A stretch of 64,000 nucleotides of DNA from NCBI GenBank assembly GCA_051313645.2, contig JBNRSN020000006.1:50468001-50532000 (forward strand), read 5' to 3'. The notes below the pieces were generated by a model that ran no database searches, was not told the origin of the DNA, and saw nothing but the letters and a program-made list of their open reading frames with translations. The position numbers and the translations under genes are program-made. Positions 12,647 to 25,440 of this stretch are shown one piece after another. The stretch is from Centroscyllium fabricii (taxonomy: Eukaryota). Position 1 is the stretch's first letter. Each line of letters starts with the position of its first letter.

Positions 12647-13400
12647 GGCCGAAAAATTCGGTTGCTTGCGCCTCCCGTTAGCGCCCTAAGAGGGCTGCTA
12701 ATGGGGCGCAAGCCTGGGCTGGCGCCTCCCACGATATTCAGTGGGGCGTTGGTGGGGGCGGTAGCCGGTAGTGGCCTGCGGCTCTACACCGCCGCCGATG
12801 ATGTAATCGCAGTGCGCAGCGCCCTACTTGCGCCCCGGCCACGAACTTCAGTCGCGCCCGCTGCCGTGCCGCCTGATGCTGCCCACGACAGGGTCAGGGG
12901 GGCATACTTGCAGCAGGGGAGCGAAAATTAAAGGGAAGGGGGCCATTTTTCTTGCTGGCTGACTGCCAGCACCTGCCCCCTCTGCCGTCCACGGCCTTCC
13001 CCGATGTCCCCCCCCCCCCCACCCCCCAGTGTGCTGGCTATGCTCCGTGAGCCCGGCACTTCCCTTGAGTGCCGGGCTCCTTTGGCGGCATTCCGATCCC
13101 CGACGGCCCAACGGGGCTCCGGTCGGAACCACGCTAGGCCACTCCCCTTTAATCAGGGGAGGAAGGCCTGAAGTACCGCGGCGCGGCACTCAGCATTGCG
13201 TGGCGCAGCGACCCACAGCAGCCAAAATTGAGTTGTTGCGCCTAAAGAACGAGGTCGGGCGCCTGCAGTAGCGCTCGACCTCCTACTTGGGGCGCTAAAA
13301 CTGAATATCCCGAGGAGCGGCGCAAGCGTTAGCCGGGCGCTAAAAGTAGCGCACTGCCGTGGTTAGCGCCCCAAACTGGCCGCCACCAAATTTTTCCCCC
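12647..13400 (+). mobile_element. GC-rich Harbinger-type MITE
   Basis: TIRs GGCCGAAAAATTCGG / CCAAATTTTTCCCCC, imperfect TSD ACA/ATA. Reverse-oriented homologue at 18024-18758. Inserted into a CR1 tail microsatellite. Confidence 0.8.
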
Positions 13401-13923
13401 ATAAGAAATAGGAGCAGGAGTAGGTCATTTGGCCCTTCGAGCCTGCTCCACCATTCAATACAATCATGGCTGATCTTCCACCTCAACTCTACCTTCCCGC
13501 ACTATCCCAATATCCCTTGAGTCCCTTAGAGTCCAAAAATCTTCAATATAATCAACAACTGAGTGTCCACAACCCTCTGGGGTTGAGAGTGAAGAAAATT
13601 CTCCTCATCTCAGTCCTAAATGGCCGACCCCTTATTCTGAGACTGTGACCCCTGGTTCTAGACTCCCCAGCCAGGGGAAACATCCTCCCTGCATCGACCC
13701 TGTCAAGCCCTGTAAGAATTTTGCATGTTTTAATGAGATCACCTCTCATTCTTCTGAACTCTAGAGAATGTAAGTCTACTCTAATCAATCTGTCCTCATA
13801 GGACAATCCCCCCCAACCCAGGAATCAGTCTGGTGAACTTTCATTGCACTCCTTCTATGGCAAGTATATCCTTCCTTAGGTAAGGAAACCAAGACTGTAC
13901 ACAATGCCCCAGGTGTGGTCTCA
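13401..13923 (-). mobile_element. CR1 LINE 3' fragment
   Basis: ORF remnant SYEDRL...LEFRRMRGDLIKT...TRGHSLRIRGRPFRTEMRR plus CR1 3' UTR. Confidence 0.85.
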
Positions 13924-14777
13924 GTCCTCAAAAGTCTTATTTTTAAAATGGAAGTCCAATTATTTAATATCTGTGTGTAACAATGTGGAGATATTAATGA
14001 TCATAACCATGATTTTTAATGACCCATCATGAACATAGAAATTAAACTCTGATTCATCCCTTCTCCCTCCCCCTCATATCCTGCCCTTTTTCTGACCCTT
14101 GTCCCGTTTTGGACATGTCAAAAGATGACAACTCTAATCACATCCATTGAGGTTTCCCTATTTAAAACAACAGAGGATTGCAGGAGGCTGCGTATCTCCA
14201 CAGTGATCATTGTGTCTGTTGCCCTCTCACACTTCTTTTGTGTTCAATACGAGAAATCATTGTCAGCAGCTCACTCACATAACAGAAAAAAAGGCCATGC
14301 TTAAAAACAATTAAACTAAGACCATTTCAAACATATAATGGAGTTATTTTTTTTTAAAGTTCCTCATTGCCAAGCAGTTTGGATTGTGAGGCGTACATTA
14401 TGAGCGTGCGTTATTTAACTTCATTCCTGAAACTCACTTTCAAACAGCAATCTAAGATGGTAACCTTGAGTATTGAATACTGTTGCATGACATCCTGCCT
14501 ACGTTTTTCTTCAGAATTCTACAAAGTGTCTGGTTTTGAATTTAAAGTAGATATTCGAATGACTGTGACACAAATGGTGATTGAAAATTCAGCACAGCCA
14601 AGGATTACTTAACCGATTCCCAGTCAGTGTTTCAGCAACCTCCTATTTGTTTCAAGTAGTTATGTTTGCCTCTGACTATAAATAAATTGAGCACTTATTT
14701 TGTGGGACTGAACAGCAGGCATAGCCGATATAGTGAGCAGCTGAAAAGCCCTGCACTAATCTGTTTGTGGAATCATA

Positions 14778-15571
14778 GGGTGAAATTCTAACCCCCAAAA
14801 TTGGGGTCGGGTGGGAGGTTAAAGAGTTAAAAATCTGAATCCCAACCCCAACCCGCCTCCAAACCCCACCCCCCCACCTCCAGTTTTAATGGGGGGGGCA
14901 AGGTGGATGGGCAGCCAACCCACTCACAGGAGGCAGGTTAGCACTTAAAATATTATAATGAGGCACAGCCTCATTATTAATCTCCATTTTAAATTTAACT
15001 CTGGCTAGCTGGGTTTCCCAGGCCTTGGGAAACCTGCCATCTAAAGGGAGGCGAGGACTGCTGGATCCAGGAGGTAAACTTACCTGCTGGATCCAGCAAT
15101 CCTGACTCGCCAAACTCCCGCAATCGGACACCCCTGACCCTTTTGATCTCCCCCAGACCTCCCCCTCCAGAGGCCTCTGGCACCCAACCCCGCCACAAGG
15201 CTTCCGATCTCCAATCCCCGCTCCGGCCTTCGATCCGCGGCCCCAAGCCTCCGATAGCCCTTCCGACCTCCTCCCTCTGGCCTCAGATCCCCCATCCCCC
15301 ACCCCCCCGATCCCTCCCTCCCTCCTCTCCGCGGCCTGGTGCTGCAGGCCTACCTGCCTGACAGCCAGACAGCCTCTCCATCTGGCTGGCTGCGGGCGGG
15401 AAACTGTGATTCTAAATGCTAATCAGGCCCAACCATTAAATTCGGCAGGGCCTGCGGGAAACCTGCTTTCCCAGGTTTCCCACCCGCTTTCCAGAACCAC
15501 CCCACCACCGCCTCTCCACGCCCCCCACCACCCCCAGCTCCCTATCTGCCTCCAAATTAAAATTCCGGCCC
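14778..15571. mobile_element. Probable Harbinger-type MITE (boundaries approximate)
   Basis: GC-rich block with TIR-like ends GGGTGAAATT / AATTCCGGCCC and internal inverted repeats. Interrupts the (ATCATAGA) tail of the adjacent CR1. Confidence 0.55.
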
Positions 15572-15870
15572 TAGAATCCTACAGCACAGAAGGAGGCCAC
15601 TCAGCCCATCATATCTTTGCCAGCTCTTTGAAGGAGCTATCCAATTAGTCCTACTCCCCCGCTCTTTCCCCATAGCCCTGCAATTTTCTCCCCTTCAAGT
15701 ATTCATCCAATTCCCCTTTGAAAGTTACTATTGAATCTGTTTCCACTGTCCTTTCAGGCCGTGCATTCCAGATCGCAACAACTCGATGAGTAAAAAAAAT
15801 GCTCCTCCTCTCACCTCTGGTTCTTTGGCCAATTACCTTAAATCTGTCTCCTCCAGTTACCGACCCGTTC
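15572..15870 (-). mobile_element. CR1 LINE 3' fragment (second subfamily)
   Basis: Remnant FFTHRVVAIWNARP...FKGELDEYL and GGCCTCCTTCTGTGCTGTAGGATTCTA terminus. Confidence 0.75.
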
Positions 15871-16540
15871 TGTTCAACCAACTGAAATGAATGGGTCGAG
15901 TTTCCCTCGATAAGAGAATGTACGCACTGCTGGAATTTTTAACAAACTGATTAAAACTAGTTTGGGTAACCTTTGCCCCTTCTGTACATTTGGTGAGTTC
16001 AACACACCCTGTGTACACCCTGACTTGACTCCGTGAAAGTGCTTTTCATCTTTGTGTTATTTTTATATAATAACGTTGATGAAACTTTTCTCCATTGGAA
16101 GCAGATTCGAACTCAAAATCCATTTGTAACTATTACTAACTCAGCACATTGGAAAAGAAATGCCTCTGGAAAATAAAATATAGCAAAGCCCAGATGAGAT
16201 CACCTCATTGATTGCATTGTTGAACAGGAGGAAATCATATCCTAACTCGATGTGCAATCTTATCAGCTTGGGCCTCTTTTGCCTCAGGCTAGGTTGGGTG
16301 AAAATGTGACTCTTTAAACGGTGTGTTAAAAATGACTGTGGTCTCATCGAGTTTTCAGAAACATTAAACTGGGATTTTGTTGAAATATGAAGCAAGTGCA
16401 TTTATCAGTCGTGTAGTCAGGACGTCCTGATTAGAAGAGTTAATTGCTTCAAGAACATTACAGGTAGATTTACCTGATTGGGTCAGGAGCCCCCGCCAGC
16501 CGATACTATCTTCAGCATTTTCCATCATATGTAACGTCAG

Positions 16541-18020
16541 GAATATAAGAACGTAAGAACATAAGAATTAGGAGCAGGAGAAGGCCACACAGCCCCTCGA
16601 GCCTGCTCCAACATTCGATAAGATCATGGCTGATCTTCGACCTTAACTCCACTTTCCCACCTGATCTCCACATCCCTTGATTCCCCTCGTGTCCAAAAGT
16701 CTATCGATCTGAGCCTTGAATATACCCAATGGCTCAGCATTCACAGCCCTTTGGGGTAGAGAATTCCAAAGATTCACAACCCTCTGAGTGAAGAAATTCC
16801 TCCTCATCTCAGTCCTAAATGGCCGGCCCCTTATCCTGAGACGATGCCTCCTAGTTCTAGACACTCCAAACAGGGAAAACAACCTTTCAGCATCTACCCT
16901 GTCAATCCCTCTCAGATCTTACATGTTTCAATGAGATCATCTCTAATTCTTCTAAACTGCAGAGAGTATCGGCCCAATCTACTCAATTTCTCCTCATAGG
17001 ACAACCCTCTCATCCCAGGGATCAATCTAGTGAACCTTTGTTGCACCACCTCCAAGGCAAGTATATCCTTCCTCAGATAAGGAGACCAAAACTGTGCACA
17101 GTACTCCAGGTGTGGTCTCACTAAAGCCCTGTACAATTGTAGCAAGACTTCCTTACCCTTGTACTCCAACCCCCTTGCAATAAAGGCCAACTTGCCATTT
17201 GCCTTTCTAATTGCTTGCTGTACCTGCAAATAACTCTCTGTGTTTCCTGTACGAGGACACCTAAATCTCTCTGAACACCAACATTTAATAGTTTTTCACC
17301 ATTTTAAAAACATTCTGTTTTCCTATTCTTCCTACCAAAGTGAATAACCTCACACTTCCCCACATTATACTCCATCTGCCACCTTGCCCACTTAGTTAAC
17401 CTGCCTACATTCCTTTGCAGGCTCGTTGTGTCCTCCTCACAGCTTACTTTCCCACCTAGCTTTGTATCGTTAGCAAATTTGCATACATTACACTCAGTCC
17501 CTTTCTATAAGTCATTAATAGCTGAGGCCCGAGCACTGATCCTTGCGGCACCCCACTAGTTACAGCCTGCCAACCTGAAAATGACCCGTTTATCCCTACT
17601 CTCTGTTTTCTGTCCGTTAACCAATTCTCTATCTGTGCTAATATATTACTCCCAACCCCATGAACCCTAATCTTGCGTAACAACCTTTTATGTGGCACCT
17701 TATCGAATGCCTTTTGGAAATCCAAAGATACTACATCCACTGGTTCCTCTTTATCTATCCTGCTAGTTACATCCTCAAAAAACTCAAATAAATTTGTTAA
17801 ACACGATTTCCCTTTCATAAAACCATGTTGACTCTGTCTAATCATATTATGATTTTCTAAATGCTCTGTTACCACTTCCTTAATAATGGATTCCAGCATT
17901 TTCCCAACAACTGATGTGAGACTAACTGATCTGTATTTCCCTATTTTTCTCTCTTACTCCTTTCTTGAATAATGGGGTTACATTTGCTACCTTCCAATCC
18001 ATTGGGACCGTTCTAGAATC
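16541..18020 (-). mobile_element. CR1 LINE, 5'-truncated, frameshifted RT
   Basis: ORF pieces QHGFMKGKSCLTNL, LDFQKAFDKVPH, GVPQGSVLGP, LVRPHLEYCAQFW; (CTTATGTT)n tail. Confidence 0.9.
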
Positions 18021-18023
18021 TAT

Positions 18024-18758
18024 GGGGGAAAAATTCGGTGGCGCCCATTTTTGGGCGATAACCTCGGCGGTGCGCTACTTTTAGCGCCAGGCTAACGCTC
18101 GCGTCGTTCCTCGGGAAATTTGGTTGTAGCGCCCAAAGTAGGAGGTCAGGTGCTACTGCAGGCGCCCGACCTCGTTCTTTAGGCGCTACAACCCAATTTC
18201 CAGCGCTGTGGGTTGATGCGCCACACTATACAGGGTGCCGCAGCGCAGTACTACACGCCTTCCTCCCCTGATTAAAGGGGAGTGGCCCAGCGTGGTTCCG
18301 GACGGAGCCCCATTGGGCCGCCATGGGACGCAATGCTGCCAAAGGAGCACGGCACGCGAGGGAAGTGCCGGGCGCACGGAGCAGAGGCAGCACACTGCGG
18401 GGGGGGAGGGGACGGCATCGGGGGAGGCCGGGGACGGCTGAGGGAGAAGATGCTGGCAGTCAGCCAGCAAGAAAAGTAGCCGTCCGGCACCCTTCCCTTT
18501 AAGTAGCACTCCCCTGCTGCAAGTACGACAGCCCGAAGCTGTCGCGGGCAGCGTCAGGCGGTAAGGCAGTGGGCGGGACTGAATTTCGCGGCCTGGGCGC
18601 AAGCGGGGCACTACGCACTCCGATGACATCATCCCCAGCGGCGTGGAGCCACGGGGCGCTACCGGCTACCACACATGCCAGCGTCCCACTGAATATCATG
18701 GGAGGTGCCAGGCCAGACCTGTGTTATCGGCTGGCGCAAGCCACCGAATTTCTCCCCC
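18024..18758 (-). mobile_element. GC-rich Harbinger-type MITE (same family as 12647-13400, opposite orientation)
   Basis: TIRs GGGGGAAAAATTCGGTGGC / GCCACCGAATTTCTCCCCC, TAT TSD. Confidence 0.85.
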
Positions 18759-18788
18759 TATTTGTTTATAATGACGTAGTGACGCCAT

Positions 18789-18976
18789 GGGGGTACTTTC
18801 ATCTTCACCGCTTGGGCAGTATTGCAGCAAAGCAGATCGACCGCCTGGGTTATAGAACCCACCTGATTTTCATTCCAATGAAATGAATGGATTAAAAATG
18901 AGGAGGGATTTTCAATGGGTAGGTGACCTCCTCTGCTAGATTACCACGCAGGCGGTGAAGACAGAGATTTACCTCC
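18789..18976. mobile_element. Old fold-back MITE
   Basis: Imperfect palindrome TCTTCACCGCTTG...CAGGCGGTGAAGA centred near 18880. Confidence 0.5.
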
Positions 18977-21287
18977 ATATGTCCAATTTTATACCATTTC
19001 TGCCTCAATAGGGCTCAGCAGCAATCATGCCCATATAAAATAGGCATCCAGCAAAGCTAGGCTCGACAGAAAAGGTGGTAGGCAGCGTGTTTAGAAGTCC
19101 CGGCAGTTTCTTTCAAAAGATTCACAAAAGGTCATTTTGTTTTGTTGGTGCTTTTATTTGCTTAACCACCTATATTTGTGCCTTTTGCTGTGGGGCTCCC
19201 AGTCCAGCTCCTTTTTGCCCAATTTTAAATGAGTTTTCCGTTGGGAATTTCCCTGCGTCATTGTTTTTTTGGAGAAGGAAGAAGAGGAGCAACAAAAGGA
19301 TCAGGCAGCATTGGAGGCAATGGCAGCCACCCACCAGTAAGCCATACAAACCAAGGTGCTCCAGGTATATCAGGGGCAGTGCTATTGGAGCCTCACAGTG
19401 AGCAATGCCACACACTGCAACCAAAACTACAGCCTCCCTGTACCTGAAGCACTTCTTCTGTATGGCTACTAATTGGTGAGAAAACATACCTAATTTTCCG
19501 TATCCCAGTACCAGTTGCTTGAAAGCAAGAGGGGCAACACTCTCCAATTTGACACCCAAGGCTTCTATGAGGGCAGTCTGAGTATTCATGGCAAAAGCAC
19601 AGACTGCCCATTGAGTTTCTGCTATAGGGCTTCCCTTGCAGATGTGCCTGAAGCTGCCACAGGCTCCTTGTGGAGCTACGGTGCAGCAAAACCATCCATC
19701 AGGATAAATCTATTTGATCCATAGTGTCAGGCACTATCCCCAGTACTTCCACATGTGCTCAATACTCTAAGCATTCCTCTGTTAAAGGCTGGACCCAGGA
19801 AATCCCGGTCCCCAGGCTCTTGGGCCAAGGGCCGATGTTTCCCGAACCATCTTCCAACCCCCACCTCCTCCTCCCAGTACTGCTCTGTGCCTATGCAGTC
19901 TCCTCTGCCTCATTCTCGAATGCCCCCTCAGTGGATGTCTCTGGGCTGGTGCACGGGAGGGAAAACAGTAACTGACGGCACATGAGTTTGATAAGCTGGC
20001 AGCGAGTTCTGGTTCATGTCCTTCCACCGACACATCTAGAAAAGGAACAGATGAATCGAGTGAGTTGCTGAGGCACGGCGTTCACATGTCACTTTTAGGA
20101 AAAAGTGTGAATCGAGGGTTTAATGCATAACTGCCAACTTTCTACTTTTTATGCGAACATACGTGTTTGTATTGCTTGTTGCCTGAAATCAACAAATAGC
20201 ACAAACTCTTTCCCCCTCGTGCCCGCCCCCCGCCCCGCCCCCCCCACCACCGACCAACCCCCTTCCCCTCCACCTGGTTCCTCCTAAATTAGCAGCTGAT
20301 GAGAAAGTTAGAGCACAGATTGCATCTCGGGAGGTAGCAGAGTTCTGGAATGGATCATAAAGTTGAAACATTGTAAAATGCTTGCTTCCTCTGCCATCAG
20401 CAGCTCAGATCTTCTTCACTGGACACTTCCAGGTTTTCAATGCTCTCTGTTCATCTGAGATGTGTTTCCAGAATATGGAGGAAATATTCCATAATGATTG
20501 GTTTATTTTGCTATGTAAGTGTAGGTGGGCTCTGGGGTTAGTGGTAAATATGATAGGAGAAATATAAGCCTGGTGTGTGACACGGAATGAGTTCACCATT
20601 TGCCAAAATTCTTACTCTTGTGAAATAGCTGTCCTATCTCAGTAAAGTTCCCCTCAAGGTGAATTGTCTATCTCTGAGAGCTCACAGTTGTGCACAATTG
20701 CGAAGAGGACAAATATATCTCCCAAGGTTTTAAAGATTTCCTGAAGATGAAACTATGTTTGAAACAATTTCCAAGGGGGAAAAATTGGGTCGCGCACGTT
20801 TTGGGGCGGTAAAGTGGGCGTAGCGCTAAAATTAGTGTTGGGCGCAAAGCTGCGCCCGGCTCCGCAGTATTCGGCTTTTGCGCCCTGGTAGGAGATAGCA
20901 GTGCTAAATCAGGCGTTGCAAGGCACTCTTAGGGCACGAACAGCAAAAAGTCAGGCGCTAGCGGCGAGCGCGGGCGCAGCGCTTCACCTGTCAGTCAGCG
21001 GCTGGCCAGACATGCTGGTGCCAGTCAGCTGTTAAAGGGGGAGGGTCTTCCTCCGATTCCAGGCACTCCCTGCTGACAGGAGATGCCGACCCCATTCTAG
21101 GCAGCAGTGGTGAGTTCATGACTTTCCTCTCCTCTCTCGTTCCTCTTGCCCCTCACAACAGCAGCCTTTGGCACTTTCCATCCAAAGAAGTCGGTGCCTG
21201 CACTCATTGCTCCCTTGCTGCCACCTGGTCCTCACGCTGCCACCTTGTCCTCACGCTGAACCCAATCTTGTACCTCTGTCATTTCAG

Positions 21288-22225
21288 ATGGTGATTCATC
21301 AGCTGAGGAGGCGGCCCCTGAACCTGCACGGGAGATGCAGTCAGAAGGGCAGGAGGAGGACAAGCAAGAAGCAGCAGGACGCCCACCATCTGCCGATGAA
21401 GGCGATGGGGACAGGGGGAGGCCACCTTCCACGGAGGGGAGTGACAAGTGGTGGGAAGTGCAGCGTGGTCCAGGCCTCAGCGGGGTGCCGCAATGCAAGG
21501 GGGGGAGGGCAGCTCCAAAGCGTGTTGCCCAGAGGGAGAGTGGGTCATCGACCCCTGAGGGCCTGACCGCGGAGGACGAGTGTGTCCTCTCACAAATGAG
21601 AGCTGAGGCGAGGCAGCGCCACACGGAGCTCATGCAAGCGGTGGGGAGGTTGCCCGAAGCCCTGCACGACATGGCAGAAGCCACACAGATGCTCACTGCT
21701 GCAGTGCAGTCAGCAGGTGCTGCACTCCAGCCAGTGGGTCCTGCTGTGCAGCCGCTCATTGGCGCCATGCGTCAGCTGACTGGAACCGTCCTGTCTTCGG
21801 GCCCCATTACCCCGGGCTCTGAACGCGCCACAGCAAGCCAGCAATCTGTGCTCCAGCAGATTGCTGGGGAAGATGAGGCGCGGACCCCTGGGAGTGAGAC
21901 TCTATTGGTGGAACAGGGAGGTGCTAGCCTCTCTCACCAGGGCAGCATTGCTGCTGCCAGCAGCCCCACTTCCCCACTGCTGCTGCCCCCACCCGTACAT
22001 CAGACTGCTGGGGCCCATGCAGAGGTGGAGCAGTCTGAAGCTGGGCCCTCCAAGCCCAGAGCTGGTCGAGGCCGACCTTCGAAGGCTGTGGCAGTGTCAA
22101 GCTCGGACACTCCGCTGCCTTCCACTAGCGTTGCTGCAGCCACTGGGGTGACATTGAGGAGGAACATTAGGGTGGGGAGGGGGCAATGGCGGAAGGGCAG
22201 GAGCTCCCTGAAGGCTAAGAAGTAG
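21288..22225 (+). pseudogene. C-terminal exon of a Harbinger accessory (Myb/SANT partner) protein
   Basis: 296-aa low-complexity/coiled-coil ORF (21335-22225) after a splice acceptor (TTTCAG, 21282-21287); AATAAA at ~22433; convergent with the nuclease. Myb domain not seen. Confidence 0.55.
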
Positions 22226-22993
22226 CTGCTTAACGTCACAAAGACCAGTAACATGTGGTTTGAAAGGCCGAGGTTCGTGGCCAGTTATGTTGACCATTCT
22301 TTTGGAGGGGGTTGTTGTTGGGCCGGATTGCCAGTTATGTTCATAATTCTTTTGGGGGGTTGTTGTTGGCTTTGACAGCCGGTTATGTTTACAATTGCTT
22401 TGGGGGGGTTCTTGTTGGGGCGGTTTTTGTACAATAAACAGTTCTTTTAATGAAAATGTTCCTGTTTCCTGGTTGGCATCAAAGATGCCTTGAACGGCTT
22501 AACGGTAGGGGGTTGGTCTCAGTCAGTTCATTCTGAAGGGCAGACCTCTTTTCATCAGCAGGGGCCTAGAAGCGGCTGTCTATGAGCCTCTGACGCACAG
22601 CCCTTCCAGTTTACGCATGCCTCCTGCATTAGGGCTGCTGCTGATGCTCGTGATCTTCCGCCTCCTCCTCCTCCTCCTCCTCCTCTGGTGCTGCAACAAT
22701 GTCTGGCAGTAGTGGCTGGGTCCTCAGGATTGCCAGGTTATGCAGCATGCAGCAGACAACGACAAAGCGGGGCACTCGGTCAAGCGCATACTGGAGGACT
22801 CCTCCAGAATGGTCCAGACAGTGGAACCGTTATTTGAGCACACCGATTGTCTGCTCAATGAGGTTCTGAGTTACCTGATGGCTCTTGTTGTATCGAAGCT
22901 CAGCAGGGGTTTGGGGCGCATGGAGCGGGATCATCAGCCACGGGGTCAGAGCATATCCCTTGTCCCTGAGAAGCCATCCAACTGGGTGATTAT

Positions 22994-24884
22994 TGACATA
23001 TCGTCAATAAGGCAAAAGACGAGTAGTGACCTTAACTACAGGCTTTTATTAACTTAAAATGGAGCTAGTCTCCAGTTGAACATCAGGCACAGAATGACTG
23101 GGGGCAGGGCAGACCTCACCTATAAGGCTCCCACCTGAGGGGAGGAGTCAGAGGTGTGGCTGACCTGGCCTTACAACCGTGTTCTACATCCAATGCATCC
23201 AATGCATCAAGCAACTATACACATGGGTCATGTGGTGCAGTACAACTACAATCCAACTATATACACTGGTAATATGATTACCACATTCACCCCTTCTTTG
23301 AAAATGAGTCCGGCGGGGTGAATGGAACAGAACAGAACAGTGCAAAAAAATTATGTGTCCGTATCAGCAATTTTCTATGAGTCTCTCCGGTGGTCGTGTC
23401 TGTCGTGATGACCGCCGGGGTTCCGGTAGCGGCGCTGGTGCCAGTTGTGGTGACGGGGTCGGATCCTCTGGCAACAGTGCCTGCAGCATGGCGTCCGGCC
23501 CTGGGTTGTCGGCCGATAGCGTCGAGGGCCCTGGTGTGTGCGTGTATGTAGGCCAGTAATCGGTGGATGTTGGTTGATATGTAGGCCAGTGTTCGGTAGA
23601 TGGTGGCTGGTCGGGCTGAGGCTCGACCGGGGGATCTGCTCTAGTGCTCCCGGCGGGCGCTAGGTCTCTGATGGAAACTGTGTCCTCGCGCCCGTCTGGG
23701 AATTGCATGTAGGCATACTGCGGGTTGGCGTGCAGCAGCTGCACCTTTTCCACCAGGGGATCGGTCTTATGGCCGTGGACATGTTTCCTAAGTAAGACCG
23801 GCGCCGGTGTCATGAGCCACAGTGGGAGTGCTGCCCCGAAGTCGACTTCCTGAGGAAGGAAAATAATAGGTCGTGAGGTGTAGCGTTTGTAGCCGTACAC
23901 AGCAGAGAGCGGATGGAGTGGAGCGCGTCTGGGAGGACTGCCTGCCAACGGGAAACTGGAAGGCCTCTGGACTTCAGGGCCAGGTTGACCGCCTTCCAGA
24001 TGATCCCGTTCTCCCTTTCTACCTGGCCGTTCCCCCGGGGGTTGTAACTGGTCGTTCTGCTTGAGGCAACCCCTTTCTGAAGCAGAAACTGACGCAGTTC
24101 GTCGCTCATGAACGACGACCCCCGGTCGCTATGGATGTAGCTGGGGAGACCAAAAATGGCGAACAGCGTGGTGAAGTGTCTTATCACCGTTGCGCTCATC
24201 ATATCTGGGCAGGGTAAGGCGAAGGAGAAGCGGGAGAACTCGTCCACGACCGTGAGGAAATACGAGTTGCGGTCGGTGGAGGGGAGGGGGCCTTTGAAGT
24301 CCACGCTCAGATGTTCAAAGGGGCGGATGGCCTTGATGATGTGCGCTGTATCTGGCCTGTAAAATTGGGGTTTGCACTCGGCGCAGACAGGGCACTCTCT
24401 GGTCATAGCCTTAATCTCCGTGATGGAGTAGGGAAGGCTACGGGACTTAACGAAATGAGCGAGTCTGGTGACACCCGGGTGGCAGAGGCTATCGTGGAGG
24501 GCCTTCAGCCGGTCCAGCTGGGCACTGGCGCACGTTCCCCTGGACAGTGCGTCCGGGGGTTCGTTGAGTTTGCCTCGGCGGTAAATAAAATTGACGTATC
24601 ATCAATAAGGCAAAAGACGAGTAGTGACCTTAACTACAGGCTTTTATTAACTTAAAGATGGAGCTAGTCTCCAGTTGAACATCAGGCACAGAATGACTGG
24701 GGGCAGGGCAGACCTCACCTATAAGGCTCCCACCTGAGGGGAGGAGTCAGAGGTGTGGCTGACCTGGCCTTACAACCGTGTTCTACATCCAATGCATCCA
24801 ATGCACCAAGCAACTATACACATGGGTCATGTGGTGCAGTGCAACTACAATCCAACTATATACACTGGTAATATGATTACCACA
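22994..24884 (-). mobile_element. Internally deleted Gypsy LTR retrotransposon (relative of the 31654 element)
   Basis: LTRs 22994-23285 and 24592-24884 (TG...CA on minus strand); PPT AAGAAGGGGTGAA; only the RNase H end and integrase are retained; no matching TSD. Confidence 0.9.
23364..24585 (-). pseudogene. Gypsy integrase (HHCC plus DDE), frameshifted near 23830
   Basis: CPVCAEC, SVDFKGP, VDEFSR, HSDRG, NGQVERENG; highly similar to the integrase of the 31955-36196 ORF. Confidence 0.85.
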
Positions 24885-25440
24885 TTTCGGTGCCTGGATG
24901 AGATCTGCCACAGTAGTCTGGCGCAGTATGAAGGCATCGTGGGTGCTGCCTGGATAGTGCGCATTCACAGCAAGGATCAGCTGTCGGTGGTCACACACCA
25001 GCTGTACATTTAGGGAATGGAAGACATTTCCGTTGCGGTATTGTTCAGCATTGCGATACGGCGCCCGCAAAGCCACATGCATGCAGTCAATGGCGCCCTG
25101 CACCTTGGGGAAGCCCTGCATATTGGCAAACCCCTCATGGCATTCCTGCTGCTTGTCCAGGGCCATGGAGAACGATATATACTGTAGCCTCCTTCTGTAT
25201 ATAGGGCTTCTGTGACCTGACGGATGGAGTAATGCGCCACAAACTGCGAGATGTTAGCTATGCCCCCAGTACCTGCTTGAAATGAGCCGGTGGCATAAAA
25301 GTGGAGAGCCACAGTAACCTTCACTGCCACCGACAGAGAAATCCTGGTCCTCTGCTGAGGCTGCAGGTCTGGCTGAAGCAGCTGGCAGAGCTCCGTCACC
25401 ACCTCCTTCCTGAAGCGCAGCCTGCGCAGACACTGCTTGA

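Larger units (their letters stand above)
20775..25440. mobile_element. Truncated PIF/Harbinger transposon with convergent Myb-partner and DDE nuclease genes, interrupted by a Gypsy element
   Basis: Left TIR GGGGGAAAAATTGG. Partner-gene exon on + (21288-22225) and HARBI1-like nuclease on - (22560-25440). Right end lost at the LTR starting at 25441. Confidence 0.8.
22560..25440 (-). pseudogene. HARBI1-like DDE transposase, frameshifted and split by a Gypsy insertion (22994-24884)
   Basis: LRFRKEVVTELCQLL, ALHFYATGSFQ, GFPKVQGAIDCMHV, HSLNVQLVCD, YPGSTHDAFIL; beyond the LTR, GWLLRDKGY and IEQTIG. Confidence 0.85.

Noticed and set aside
19170-20040. Several overlapping ORFs suggesting a host exon
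   Set aside because: No recognisable domain and many stops; possibly an old transposon accessory-gene remnant, but it cannot be supported.
20741-20770. CTGAAGA...GAAA hammerhead-like string
   Set aside because: Weak stem II, no convincing stem I, and no PLE context.
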